This document shows, one piece after another, positions 47,596-57,608 of a stretch of DNA of 64,000 bases (positions are counted from its first letter, which is position 1; every line of letters begins with the position of its first letter). The DNA lies in NCBI GenBank assembly GCA_043826455.1, contig JBDRQD010000030.1, positions 61,182 to 125,181 on the forward strand. Reading direction: 5' to 3'. The DNA is from Candidatus Bathyarchaeota archaeon. GTDB taxonomy: Archaea; Thermoproteota; Bathyarchaeia; TCS64. A model generated the notes under the pieces. The model ran no database searches and was not told the DNA's origin. It was given only the letters and a program-made list of their open reading frames with translations. The translations under genes and the position numbers were made by a program.

Positions 47596-49164
47596 ATGCA
47601 TGATATCCTCTTGAGGGGCGGCCGGGTGGTGGACGGCATCGGGAACCCCTGGTTCCACGGGGACGTGGCTGTCAAGGGTGGCTTCATCACGGGCGTCGGC
47701 CGGATGGATGGCGAGGCCGAGACCGTGTTGGATGTGGAGGGGCTGGCGGTGGCCCCGGGTTTCATTGACACCCACAGCCACTCCGACCTTCTCCTCATCT
47801 CTGAGCCCCTGGCCGAGGCCAAGATAATGCAGGGGGTGACCACGGAGGTGGTGGGGCAGGACGGGCTGGGAGAGGCGCCTATTGACGCTGGCCACGTGGA
47901 GCAGTGGAGGAGGTATCTCTCGGGGCTTAACGGCGACCCTGACGTGGAGTGGAGCTGGAGGAGCTTCAGCGAGTACCTGGACGCGTTGAGTGAGGCGCGC
48001 CCGTCGGTGAATGTGGCGGCCCTCGTGGGCCACGGCAACCTGCGTCTGGCCACCATGGGGATGGATGACAGGAGCCCGGACAGCGGTGAGTTGGAGGAGA
48101 TGCGGCTTCTCCTCGCCCGGAGCCTGGAGGAGGGCGCCATCGGCTTCAGCACCGGCCTCATCTACGCACCCTGCATCTACTCTGAGACCTGGGAGCTGGC
48201 TGAGCTGTGCAAGACGGTGTCCGCCCTTGGCGGCGTATTCGTGGTGCACATGCGTGACGAGGGTGACAGGCTGGTTGAAAGCATGGATGAAGTGGTTCAG
48301 ATAGGATGCGAGGCCGGGGTGCCCGTCCATATAAGCCACTTCAAGGCCAGCGGAGAGGCCAACTGGGGCAAGTCGGCTGACGCTCTGAGGCGGCTGTATG
48401 AGGCGAGGAGGGAGGGGGTCCAGGTGTCCTTCGACCAGTACCCCTATACTGCTGGTAGCACTTTTCTCAGCAGCCTGCTTCCCCCGTGGGTGCACGCCGG
48501 CGGGGTGGACTTGTTACTCCGGCGGCTGAGGGACCCCCAGGTGAGGTCAAGGATCAAGGAGGAATCTAAGAAAGTTGGATCGCGGAGCCCCAGGTGGGAC
48601 CGTCTCCACTGCACAAACCTCAAGACGGAGGCGAATACCGGGTTTGAGGGCATGTCTATGAAGGATATAGCGGAGGCGCGGGGTCAGAGCCCGTTGGACG
48701 CCCTGATGGACATTGTCCTGGAGGAGAGTAATGCCACCACCATGATCTCATTCACCATGAGCGAGGACGACGTTAAACGGTTCATGGCGGACCCGCACGG
48801 GACGGTCTGCACCGACGGGATTCTCCTTGGGAAGCCTCACCCTAGGGCCTACGGGACCTTCCCCAGGGTCCTCGGGCACTACGTCAGGGAGGGAGTTCTG
48901 AGGCTGGAGGACGCCGTCAGGAAGATGACCAGCCTGCCCGCCCAGATCATGGGTCTGGAGGGGAGAGGCGTGATAAGGCCCGGGTTCAGGGCCGACATCA
49001 CCGTTTTCAGCCCCGACGCCATCAAGGACACGGCCACCTACGCGGACCCGAGGAGACACCCGGCAGGCGTCACCCACGTCATAGTCAATGGAGAGCTAAC
49101 CGTCCGTGACGGGGAGCACACTGGTGTGAGGGCGGGGCAGGTGTACAGGCGAGGACCGCGTTGA
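47596..49164 (+). CDS. N-acyl-D-amino-acid deacylase (D-aminoacylase family)
   Basis: APGFIDTHSHSD, QGVTTEV.G, STGL.Y.P, HMRDE, HISHFK, DQYPY, PHPRAYGTFPR. Confidence 0.92.
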   Translation: MHDILLRGGRVVDGIGNPWFHGDVAVKGGFITGVGRMDGEAETVLDVEGLAVAPGFIDTHSHSDLLLISEPLAEAKIMQGVTTEVVGQDGLGEAPIDAGHVEQWRRYLSGLNGDPDVEWSWRSFSEYLDALSEARPSVNVAALVGHGNLRLATMGMDDRSPDSGELEEMRLLLARSLEEGAIGFSTGLIYAPCIYSETWELAELCKTVSALGGVFVVHMRDEGDRLVESMDEVVQIGCEAGVPVHISHFKASGEANWGKSADALRRLYEARREGVQVSFDQYPYTAGSTFLSSLLPPWVHAGGVDLLLRRLRDPQVRSRIKEESKKVGSRSPRWDRLHCTNLKTEANTGFEGMSMKDIAEARGQSPLDALMDIVLEESNATTMISFTMSEDDVKRFMADPHGTVCTDGILLGKPHPRAYGTFPRVLGHYVREGVLRLEDAVRKMTSLPAQIMGLEGRGVIRPGFRADITVFSPDAIKDTATYADPRRHPAGVTHVIVNGELTVRDGEHTGVRAGQVYRRGPR

Positions 49165-49245
49165 GCGGGTACTCAGCCCTGATACACAAAATTGGGTACC
49201 AAACATTAATAAATCCTCGAATATCGAAGGAAATAGGCGAAACAC

Positions 49246-50832
49246 ATATCCATTAAAGTTGTTAACTGTGGAAATCTCATTGACGGTACGGGAAAACCCG
49301 CCGTCAGTGACGCCGTCATCGTGATACGCGGCAACAAGATCGCGGCCGTGGGTAAGAGGTCAGCCACCAAGATACCCGCCGGCGCTCAGGTAATCGACGC
49401 GTCGGGCAAGACGGTTGTCCCCGGGCTCATCGACTCTCACACTCACTTCCTTTCCTGGGGGTACAGGCTCGGCCACCTGCAGCTGAGTGAGGCCGACTCC
49501 ATAAGGGACGTGCAGGCCAGGCTCAAGAGCTACATCGAGTCCAGGAGGCTGCCGGAGGGTAAGTGGGTTCAGGGGCGGGGCTGGGACGACCAGTACCTCC
49601 GGGAGAGGAGGTACCCCAACAAGTACGACCTGGACAAGGTGTCCCCTGATAACCCTGTGGTGTTGACCCGGGTCTGCGGCCACATGATGGTCCTCAACTC
49701 CCTGGCCCTGGAGCTATGCAACGTCACCAAGGACACCCCCAACCCGCGGGGCGGGGTCATCGACAAGGACGACCAGAACGATCCTACGGGGGTCCTCCGG
49801 GACGCCCGGGGCCTCGTCTCCGAGTACATCCCTCCCCCAATCTACGAGGAGCTCAGGCAGGGCATCAGGGACGCGGCCAGCCTGGCACACAGCCTGGGCG
49901 CCACCACGATACACGACGCTAGCCGCCCAGACGAGGCCACCATGCACAACTCCACCCAGCCCTACGTGGACGCGCATAAGGAGGGTGACCTGGGGATAAG
50001 GGCCCACGTCATGACATGGTACCCGCGCATGTGGAGCGGGGACGAGTGGCTGAGCTTCGGCACACTGAAGATAGGGATCGACGGCTCCATGGGGGCCCAG
50101 ACCGCGCTGCTGTACGAGCCCTACGCCAACGACCCCTCGACCCGGGGCGTATACGTGGGGGACCAGGAGAGAAACAAGAGAGTGGTCAAGGAGGCCCACG
50201 GTATGGGTGGGCAGATAGCCATCCACGCCATCGGCGACAGGGCCGTCACGGAAGCGGTCAGCAGGATCGAGGAGGCGTTGGCAGAGCCCAGGGACGACCA
50301 CCGGTACAGGATAGAGCACTTCGAGTACCCCACCGACGAGGACATTGAACGAGCCAGGAAGCTGGGCATCGTGGCGTCCATGCAGCCCAACTTCGTTGGG
50401 GAGTGGGCGTGGCCCGGCGGCATGTACGAGACCCGACTGGGAAAGGAGAGGAACAGGCGGTCCAACCCCTACAGGCGTCTCCTTGACCTGGGGTTCCACG
50501 TGCCCTTCGGCTCGGACGGGATGCCCTTCCACCCCCTCTACGGCATCTGGTCGGCTGTGAACCACCCCAACCCTGAGAGCAGGATAACCGTGGAGGAGGC
50601 CGCCAGGTGCTACACTCTTGAGGGCGCCTACGCGACCCGCGAGGAAGGAATAAAGGGCTCCATTGAGCCTGGTAAACTGGCCGACATAGCCGTGCTGCCA
50701 ATGGACATCACCAAGCCGGAGTTCAAGATGAAGGTTACAGACCCGAAGGCCGTCGAAGAGGCCAAGAAGCAGTATAAGGGTTTGAAGGTCTACATGACCA
50801 TCCTGAACGGGGAGATCGTCTACAAGTCTTGA
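49246..50832 (+). CDS. Amidohydrolase_3 (YtcJ-like); start probably upstream of the tracked GTG at 49321
   Basis: PGLIDSHTH, GRGWD, DGSMGAQTA, HAIGDRA, RIEH, FGSD, GSIEPGKLAD; frame extends upstream as (I)SIKVVNCGNLIDGTG. Confidence 0.88.
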   Translation: MSIKVVNCGNLIDGTGKPAVSDAVIVIRGNKIAAVGKRSATKIPAGAQVIDASGKTVVPGLIDSHTHFLSWGYRLGHLQLSEADSIRDVQARLKSYIESRRLPEGKWVQGRGWDDQYLRERRYPNKYDLDKVSPDNPVVLTRVCGHMMVLNSLALELCNVTKDTPNPRGGVIDKDDQNDPTGVLRDARGLVSEYIPPPIYEELRQGIRDAASLAHSLGATTIHDASRPDEATMHNSTQPYVDAHKEGDLGIRAHVMTWYPRMWSGDEWLSFGTLKIGIDGSMGAQTALLYEPYANDPSTRGVYVGDQERNKRVVKEAHGMGGQIAIHAIGDRAVTEAVSRIEEALAEPRDDHRYRIEHFEYPTDEDIERARKLGIVASMQPNFVGEWAWPGGMYETRLGKERNRRSNPYRRLLDLGFHVPFGSDGMPFHPLYGIWSAVNHPNPESRITVEEAARCYTLEGAYATREEGIKGSIEPGKLADIAVLPMDITKPEFKMKVTDPKAVEEAKKQYKGLKVYMTILNGEIVYKS

Positions 50833-50944
50833 TCTGGGCCTGAAGACGGCCTCACCTATTTTTACCAATTTGAAATATTCCTGACGAAGGTTTGGATAAA
50901 AAATTTTAAGGCTACATTGAATCTTTCGGCTTACATGAAAGCCG

Positions 50945-51727
50945 TCATCTACCTTTGAACACCGGCTTCCTCTTCTCCAGGAAGGCCTTCATGCCCTCGT
51001 TCTTGTCCTCGGTGTCGAAGCACATGGCGTATAGCTCTGACTCCAGCTTATCGCCGTCACTCAGGTCTCCGTACGAGCTGAAGTTAATCAGCCTCTTACA
51101 GTATCCTATGGCTATTGGGGCGCGGCCAAGTATCCTGTCAACCAGTTTCCGGGTCTCTGGCAGCAGTTCCTCATGTTTGACGACTTTGTTAACGAGGCCG
51201 AGCATGTGGGCTTCCTCGGCGCCTATGCTCTCCCCAGTGAAGAAGAGCTGCTTAGCTCTCTTTGGGCCGATGATTCTGGGAAGCCTCTGAGTGCCGCCGA
51301 AGGGGGTCGTTATCCCTAGGCCGGTGGGAGGTTCACCGAAGGTGGCTTTCTCTGACGCTATTACGATGTCGCATGCTATAGTCAGGTCGCATCCGGCCCC
51401 GAAGGCGTAGCCGTTGACGGCGGCTATGATTGGTTTGGGGGTGGTCTCCATCTTGTCGAGTATCCGGTGTGTCATGGCGGCGAAGGCGGCTGCGCCGTCG
51501 CTGTTCATGTTTAGGAGTGCGTTTATGTCTCCGCCGGCTGAGAATGAGCGGTCACCGGCTCCAGTGATTATCATCACCTGAAGTTCGTCTGTGTCTGAGA
51601 ACTCGGTCAGCGCTTGTTCTAGTTCGAGGAAGGTGTCCTCTCGAAGGGCGTTAAGCACTTCGGGTCTGTTTATTTTGACCAATATGGTTCTGTTCTCTTT
51701 TTCGACGATAATGTCTTTAAAAGACAT
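50945..51727 (-). CDS. Enoyl-CoA hydratase/isomerase (crotonase) family protein
   Basis: INRPEVLNAL, FSAGGDI, AAVNGYAFGAGC, GGTQRLPR, EGMKAFLEKRKP.F.G. Confidence 0.92.
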   Translation of the reverse strand: MSFKDIIVEKENRTILVKINRPEVLNALREDTFLELEQALTEFSDTDELQVMIITGAGDRSFSAGGDINALLNMNSDGAAAFAAMTHRILDKMETTPKPIIAAVNGYAFGAGCDLTIACDIVIASEKATFGEPPTGLGITTPFGGTQRLPRIIGPKRAKQLFFTGESIGAEEAHMLGLVNKVVKHEELLPETRKLVDRILGRAPIAIGYCKRLINFSSYGDLSDGDKLESELYAMCFDTEDKNEGMKAFLEKRKPVFKGR

Positions 51728-51831
51728 GGGGGTCGTTACAGAAGTTTGTTGTCTCTATTATTTCATGGTTCTGGGAAGCGGGAAGGGATGCTGGTGGAGG
51801 TTACCCGGTGAGATAAACGTAGGCTGGGGAG

Positions 51832-53466
51832 TTAGGGCCTCAAGGTCTTTCCAGGTAGTGAGCCTGTGTGCTCGTTATCTTCTACCACAAGTACTCCGTT
51901 TACGTAGACTCTGTGTATGCCGCTTGGGTAAACTCTGGGAGCCATGAACGTCGCGTTGTTCCTGATCTCATCAGGGTCCCATAGTATGATATCCGCCCAC
52001 ATCCCGGGCCGTAGCAATCCTCTATCCATCAGACCCATACGCTGCGCGGGCAGTCCCGTACATTTTCTGACGGCGTCCTCAAGCCCAAGCAGCCTCTCCT
52101 CCCTTACCCATTTCTGGAAGAAGTACGGGAACTGGCCGTAGGCTCGCGTCGTTACCTCACTGACCGGTTTATCTGAGAGAGGTCCCTTCGGTGAGTCGTT
52201 GGCAGAGTCTATCGCCACGCTGCAATTATGGTGAAGTAAGGAGAAGTCGGTGTCCCATTGGCTTGTGATGGCTACTGCGCCCCAGGCTTTCTGGAATCCT
52301 TCTCCTTCCCGGACAAGTAACTCGAATAGGGCATCGAAGGGATCGAGTTTCATCCTCACGCCGATCTCCCTTAGATTCATTCCGTTGTACTCCGGGCTGT
52401 TATCTGTGTGAGCCACCATGAAACGGTCCCAAGAATCTAGGGGTCCGCGGACGCCCGCTAGGATGGGGCCGTACTGGCGGTTAATGAGATCGCTTCTAAG
52501 ATGCTCCTTAACCGCGGGGTCTGACAGCATCTCGTATGTGAACTTGGCTCCTTTTTTCAGGTACTTTGAGCCAATTATGATGGGCTCGATGAGGGAGCAG
52601 CCGCACCAGCCGTACCCGTTCTCAATGGTCCACGGGACCTGGTCAAAGGCGATGTCCAGTCCTCTGAGCCTTGCCTCATCACACAGGTCCACGATGTGCT
52701 TGGTCTTCCCGTCTGATGGAAAACGTGCTCCCCAGTGCACGCCCTCGACACGCACACCTGACTCCTCGCCTATCCGTATGGCTTCCTGTGCAGCCTCAAC
52801 AACCTTTACGTCCCTGCTTCTGATGTGGGTGGCGTAGAGGCCGCCATAGTGTGCCACGGTCTTGCATAGATCGATGAGGGCTTCGGTTGGTGTGAGGGTC
52901 TGTGGATCGTATTCGAGTCCTGAGCTGAGTCCAAAGCTTCCTTCCTCAAGGGAAGTTTCTAGAAGCGTCTTCATCTCTTCTACCTCGTCCTGTGTGGGGG
53001 CGCGGTCGAAGGCGTCCATCCCCATGGCGGAGATTAACAGGTTCCCGAGCCCCGTCAAGGTTCCCGCATTAAGGGCTAGTCCTTTCGCTTCCAGAACGTT
53101 AAGGTATTCGCTGGTCGTATACCAGTCTACCTCGAACCCACGTAATTCCTTTATGATTCCTTTTCCTAACTCGTTAAGCGGTGCAGCTGAGGAACCACAG
53201 TGGCCGTTCAGGACGCTAGTTATTCCTTGCCTGGTGAAGCTGTCTGCCTCAGGATTCACGATGAGTGAGAAATCACTGTGTGAGTGAATATCTATAAAAC
53301 CGGGCGAGACCGCCAACCCTAAAGCATCGATGGTCTCAGCGCTTTCGCCTGTAACCTTACCTACGCTGGATATCCTCCCATCTTTGACAGCGAGGTCGCC
53401 GCGGAACCACGGGTTACCTGTTCCGTCGAGAATTTTAACGTTCTTAATCAGGAAATCATAATCCAT
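51832..53466 (-). CDS. D-aminoacylase-family amidohydrolase
   Basis: SPGFIDIHSHSD, QGIT..L.GHCG, SSGLEY.P, RAYG.FP, DRGLLRPG.WAD. Confidence 0.9.
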   Translation of the reverse strand: MDYDFLIKNVKILDGTGNPWFRGDLAVKDGRISSVGKVTGESAETIDALGLAVSPGFIDIHSHSDFSLIVNPEADSFTRQGITSVLNGHCGSSAAPLNELGKGIIKELRGFEVDWYTTSEYLNVLEAKGLALNAGTLTGLGNLLISAMGMDAFDRAPTQDEVEEMKTLLETSLEEGSFGLSSGLEYDPQTLTPTEALIDLCKTVAHYGGLYATHIRSRDVKVVEAAQEAIRIGEESGVRVEGVHWGARFPSDGKTKHIVDLCDEARLRGLDIAFDQVPWTIENGYGWCGCSLIEPIIIGSKYLKKGAKFTYEMLSDPAVKEHLRSDLINRQYGPILAGVRGPLDSWDRFMVAHTDNSPEYNGMNLREIGVRMKLDPFDALFELLVREGEGFQKAWGAVAITSQWDTDFSLLHHNCSVAIDSANDSPKGPLSDKPVSEVTTRAYGQFPYFFQKWVREERLLGLEDAVRKCTGLPAQRMGLMDRGLLRPGMWADIILWDPDEIRNNATFMAPRVYPSGIHRVYVNGVLVVEDNEHTGSLPGKTLRP

Positions 53467-53806
53467 GATTCACTGTTTCCTGTACGGTATTTAATATCGA
53501 TGCAAGCTAAGTTGCTATGCTGACTGTATCAGGTTAACACCATGGCGCACGCGTGATGTACATGATACCTAGTGATGGAAAGAGAGAAAAGTAGAATAAT
53601 AAAGTGAAATGTTGGGGTTTAGGGGCATAATTTTATCCCAACTAATAACGTTAGAATTTTAGAAGCTCACGCTTTTCTCCATGAGGGTTGATAATAGTCA
53701 GTATATGCTCAATAAGGATACTGTATGCGATAGAGTGTTGATGAGTATATATTAAATCTACATAGAGTATTTCTTGTAGTTTGAAGTTCAACGAAGGCTA
53801 ACATCC

Positions 53807-54646
53807 ATGTTTAAAGATATTTATCAACAGCAGCCAAGGGAAATCCGATTTATCTTGAAAATTGCAGTAACCCTCACACTGACCCTACTATTTATCGTGG
53901 TCAGTAGAATCAGTTTGATATTCCTAGTTCAACAAATTTTCATTTTCCAGGGGGCATCATCATCCATTGCATATCAAAATGCGCAAATCTTTGTAGCTGA
54001 ATCATCTATGGGCTAAGCTGTTGCGAGTTTCTTAGACGCTACTTTAATACTCGTACTGGTCTTCGTCTCAGTAACACATATAGAGAGACGTAAGTTTCTC
54101 ACGGCTGACATTGGTTTGGATTTAAATCGTAAAACCTTACCCTTCGTGGCAGTTGGATTGGCTACTGGAAGCAGCTTATTCCTTGGAGCTGTTGTGTTTG
54201 GATTATTTCTAGGCACACAAGAGTTACCAATGTTTCCTAATCTCGTTCAGTGGCCAACCATAAACACATTATTTGCTACGATAAGCTTTTGTATTCTGAA
54301 TAGCTTCTGGCAGGAGACTGTGTTTCGAGGATACTTGCAGACTCGTGCTGTTGAGGAATATGGTAGATTATTTGGAGTTCTAACAGTATCAGTGGTGTTT
54401 GTCGTTCTTCATGGACTAGTACAAACATTAACATTCATGGGAATAATCTCAGGTCTGTTACTTTTCAGCTTCATAGGACTGCTGTATGATAAAACAAGGT
54501 CACTCTACTTGGTGACTGCGATTCATGCCGTTCTAAACTTCCTGCCGACACTTTTCAACATATTGTGGCAAGGGCAGGAAACGGTCGTCACATATGGTAT
54601 AGCATTAATACTACTGATTCTGGCGATACGCCCCATGCGTGAGTGA
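53807..54646 (+). pseudogene. CPBP (CAAX protease/Abi) family gene interrupted by an in-frame TAA at 54014-54016
   Basis: ORFs 53807-54016 and 54116-54646 share one frame; QE..FRGYL, F..LH, HA..N motifs; AT-richer than flanks. Confidence 0.75.
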
Positions 54647-54719
54647 TTTTATTCAGAGTGAAAAAAGGGGTTGGGTTTGAGGCAATATTTTTTCCCAACT
54701 TCCCACGTGGTTGGTTGGG

Positions 54720-55097
54720 CTACGTTTTTACTCCCACAAGCAGGAGAACCGTCCTCCTGTCGCCCGTGTTATAGAACCCGTGCGGGACGTTCACCGGCAG
54801 AAACACCGCATCCCCCGCCTTCACCTTCCTCCTCTCCTCCCCCACCTGAACGGTGCCTCCGCCCCTCAGGACGAAGTAGACCTGCTCCGCGTCCCTATGC
54901 GTGTGCATGTTGTTGGTCTCCCCAGGCTCCAGTGTGATCCTGGCGAAGTGGCGGAAACTCTTCATGGGCTCAGGCTTCCTAGCATTGAACACCTTACCGC
55001 TCTCGTCCTCCTGCCAGAATATCTGGTAGAGGGCCGCCGCCCCGTGGGCGTCCACGAGGGGCTTCTTCTTGATTGATGTGACCCGTTTAACGTGCAT
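54720..55097 (-). CDS. Cupin domain protein
   Basis: LEPGE...HTH...EQVYFVL.G.G...GD.VFLP..VPHG. Confidence 0.9.
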   Translation of the reverse strand: MHVKRVTSIKKKPLVDAHGAAALYQIFWQEDESGKVFNARKPEPMKSFRHFARITLEPGETNNMHTHRDAEQVYFVLRGGGTVQVGEERRKVKAGDAVFLPVNVPHGFYNTGDRRTVLLLVGVKT

Positions 55098-55155
55098 ACA
55101 GTTTAAGACGCCGCGAACATGTATAAGCTCTGGGTAGGGTCTCCCGCACCTCTGC

Positions 55156-55770
55156 TCACAGCCTCTTAGACGCGGCAGCTAACCTGCTCACGGCCAGGTT
55201 CGTGAGGAAGTTGATCCGCTCCACGTCCAGGTAGCCCTGGACGGTCTCATCGTAGAAGACCCTCGCGTCGGCCTCGAACTCAGCGGACTCGCAACTCAGA
55301 ATAATGGTCAGTGGCACAAGGGGAAGCGCCTCCAACCGGACAGCCACGTCGCCATAAGGAAACTCTACGCGCTCACCCTCCAGTCTCTCGGCGCACGCCA
55401 CCAGGGCCCCGGGGTCGCCTCTGAACCTCTCAATGATCCTGTCCCTCGTCCTCCTGTTGTCCAGGTCCCCGAACCGGGCACCCCTAAGCTGCTTATACGA
55501 CATCAATCTCCCCGGGGTCTCAACGTGCTCAGCCTCGCTGTACCCTGAAAGCACATAGAAAACCGTCTGAACCATGTACCTGCTCCAGGGGTCCTCACCC
55601 CTCAGCCGGCCCCCCGTCAGATCATCTGTCACCGACCCGTCTCCGAGGTCCACACTCAACCCGAGAAACCTCAGCTCACCCTGGTCGGGGAACCCCAGCC
55701 TGCCCCTCAGACCGACCAACTTGTCCTTGCAGGCATCCCAGCTCCATAACCCCGAGGGTTGAACAGTCAC
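55156..55770 (-). CDS. DUF3786-like protein
   Basis: YGD.AV.L.ALP.VP....L....EF.A...V.YD.....YL..E. Confidence 0.65.
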   Translation of the reverse strand: MTVQPSGLWSWDACKDKLVGLRGRLGFPDQGELRFLGLSVDLGDGSVTDDLTGGRLRGEDPWSRYMVQTVFYVLSGYSEAEHVETPGRLMSYKQLRGARFGDLDNRRTRDRIIERFRGDPGALVACAERLEGERVEFPYGDVAVRLEALPLVPLTIILSCESAEFEADARVFYDETVQGYLDVERINFLTNLAVSRLAAASKRL

Positions 55771-56057
55771 GACACCATGATGGGCGGTTCACGTATAATG
55801 CTGTTACTAAGCAGTGTGAAAACAGGAAAAAGAACCCGAAGCCTAATGGAAAAGAAACTGTATCTAAAATTTAGCTAAATGCAATCCAAAAAAACATCAC
55901 ACTCTTCCACACAGCTGTCATCAACCCCCCTAATCACCAAATTACAAGCTACATACAACAAACCCTGGACCCCCCCCAAAATCGACAATTCCCAGCCACT
56001 GGGACCAAACCCTACAAAAGGTGGAGGTGCGAACGCCCGCGTCCACACATGACACCA

Positions 56058-56177
56058 CTACTTAGCTACCTTCACCATGTTCTCGCCGCAGCAAACCAGG
56101 GTCCCGGCTCCGCTCTCCAACACCTTGACCTTGTTGCCGCATATCTCACAGAGGTAGACCTCATTAACCTTGGTCAT
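56058..56177 (-). CDS. Stand-alone desulforedoxin-type Fe(Cys)4 protein, 39 aa (not in ORF track)
   Basis: MTKVNEVYLCEICGNKVKVLESGAGTLVCCGENMVKVAK matches Y.C..CGN.V.V...G.G.LVCCG..M. Confidence 0.9.
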   Translation of the reverse strand: MTKVNEVYLCEICGNKVKVLESGAGTLVCCGENMVKVAK

Positions 56178-56247
56178 GGGACAAATAACGGAGCCGACAC
56201 GTTTATACTTGTAGTTCAAGCTACGAAAAAACTGAAGCGGTCCACAT

Positions 56248-56793
56248 TCAGCCCTGCTCCTCGCTGGTGATGGTCCGCTTCGCTATCTCCACCAGGTCCT
56301 CAGGAGGCACAGGCTTCATCAGCACCTTCCTTATCTTCTCCTCCTTCTCCAGCTCCTCCTTGTAGCTGCTATACCCCGTAATCATGATGACCTTCATGTC
56401 CGGCTTCCTAAGCCTGATCCGCCTAGCCAGCTCATCCCCCAGCATATCAGGCAGGTTCATGTCCAGGATCACCAGATCGTAATGCAGCTTACTGGCCTTG
56501 AACAGAGCGCTGACGCCGTTGTTAGCCGAGTCCACGTTGAAGCCCACGTTCTCCAGGATGAGCTTGAAGGTGTTCACCAGGTTGGGGTCGTCATCCACAA
56601 CAAGAATACTCTTGAGCTTACCAACCTCTGAATGGGCGACGCCCTTACCCTCTGAAGCCTGGGCCTGAGCGCCGCCGTTCACCGAGTTCTTAATGTCCTT
56701 AACCTGATCAGCAAGCGACTGAATCTTGGAGTCCTGCTCCTTCAGCTTAGCCAGAATTAGGCTTAACACCTCATCAATCTTCAGGTTGGACAT
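56248..56793 (-). CDS. Response regulator receiver with N-terminal coiled coil
   Basis: ILVVDDD, LVILD..LPD..G, MITGY, KP. Confidence 0.9.
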   Translation of the reverse strand: MSNLKIDEVLSLILAKLKEQDSKIQSLADQVKDIKNSVNGGAQAQASEGKGVAHSEVGKLKSILVVDDDPNLVNTFKLILENVGFNVDSANNGVSALFKASKLHYDLVILDMNLPDMLGDELARRIRLRKPDMKVIMITGYSSYKEELEKEEKIRKVLMKPVPPEDLVEIAKRTITSEEQG

Positions 56794-56998
56794 GGTGCAC
56801 CGGCTATTGCTGCTTTTTCCATGTAAACCCGTATATTAACGATGATCGTCACACCGCTCTCTATCTGAGTTCTATAACTGTGGTTGGCTCAACGAACCTA
56901 TCCGTTGAAGTGGTAGAACAGTATTCACTACCCCGTTTCCGTAATAGCTTAATGAGTCGCTAAAAAAAGACCACCGTTCACTCACAGGTGAACAAGCC

Positions 56999-57511
56999 TT
57001 GATGCGGACACACGACACACTTCAGGAGTGGGTGAACGCCCACAAAGCCAAGAGCCTAAAGCAGCTCAAAGAGGTATACACAGAGGACTCCATCTTCCAC
57101 CGCACAGGAACAAAGGCCACCATGGCCGAGGACCCGGCCCAGAAGGTGGCCGAGTTCGACCACGCCACAAAGACGCAGCGCTCCGCACGACCCTCCTGGG
57201 TCATGGGCGACGAGATCCGCGCCGAGGTGACGGAGAGGAGCGCACTACTAGAGGCCGCGGGGATACATGAGGCCCGCTACGTTGGCCAGTTCATCATCAG
57301 AGGCACCCAGATAGAGTCAGTGCAGCTCGAGCCCACACCTGAGACAAGGCAGGCCACTGACCAGGCCCTGTCACAGTTCATCGAGTGGGCTTCTAAGAAG
57401 AGGCCCGAGCGTCTAGCTCAGGTCATGCCTGGGGGGAGGCTGAGATACGACGCGAAGTCCGGGCGCCAACTACTGAAACTGCTACGTGAGTGGAGAAAGT
57501 CCACCGAGTAA
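56999..57511 (+). CDS. Hypothetical protein, possibly NTF2/SnoaL-like
   Basis: W..A.....L.....YTED.IF pattern. Confidence 0.5.
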   Translation: MMRTHDTLQEWVNAHKAKSLKQLKEVYTEDSIFHRTGTKATMAEDPAQKVAEFDHATKTQRSARPSWVMGDEIRAEVTERSALLEAAGIHEARYVGQFIIRGTQIESVQLEPTPETRQATDQALSQFIEWASKKRPERLAQVMPGGRLRYDAKSGRQLLKLLREWRKSTE

Positions 57512-57608
57512 CCTGGACCACCCCATTTTTCTTGTCAACCATGACGAGGCGCCTTAGGCTGCAAGGATCAAACAACATTTATTATCAGAGGCTCCCCCAA
57601 ATGAAACA

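Noticed and set aside
49191..49204. Partial palindrome matches (TTGGGTACCAAA here; GGTACCAAT at 15862)
   Set aside because: Not full matches, and the 15862 site is not conserved in element copy B.
54658..54675. GTGAAAAAAGGGG as a third element copy
   Set aside because: No hairpin or 11-6-11 block; it fits an oligo-T terminator of the minus-strand cupin gene.
56020..56048. GC-rich hairpin as a tRNA or ncRNA
   Set aside because: No cloverleaf or T-loop; it more likely terminates the desulforedoxin transcript.
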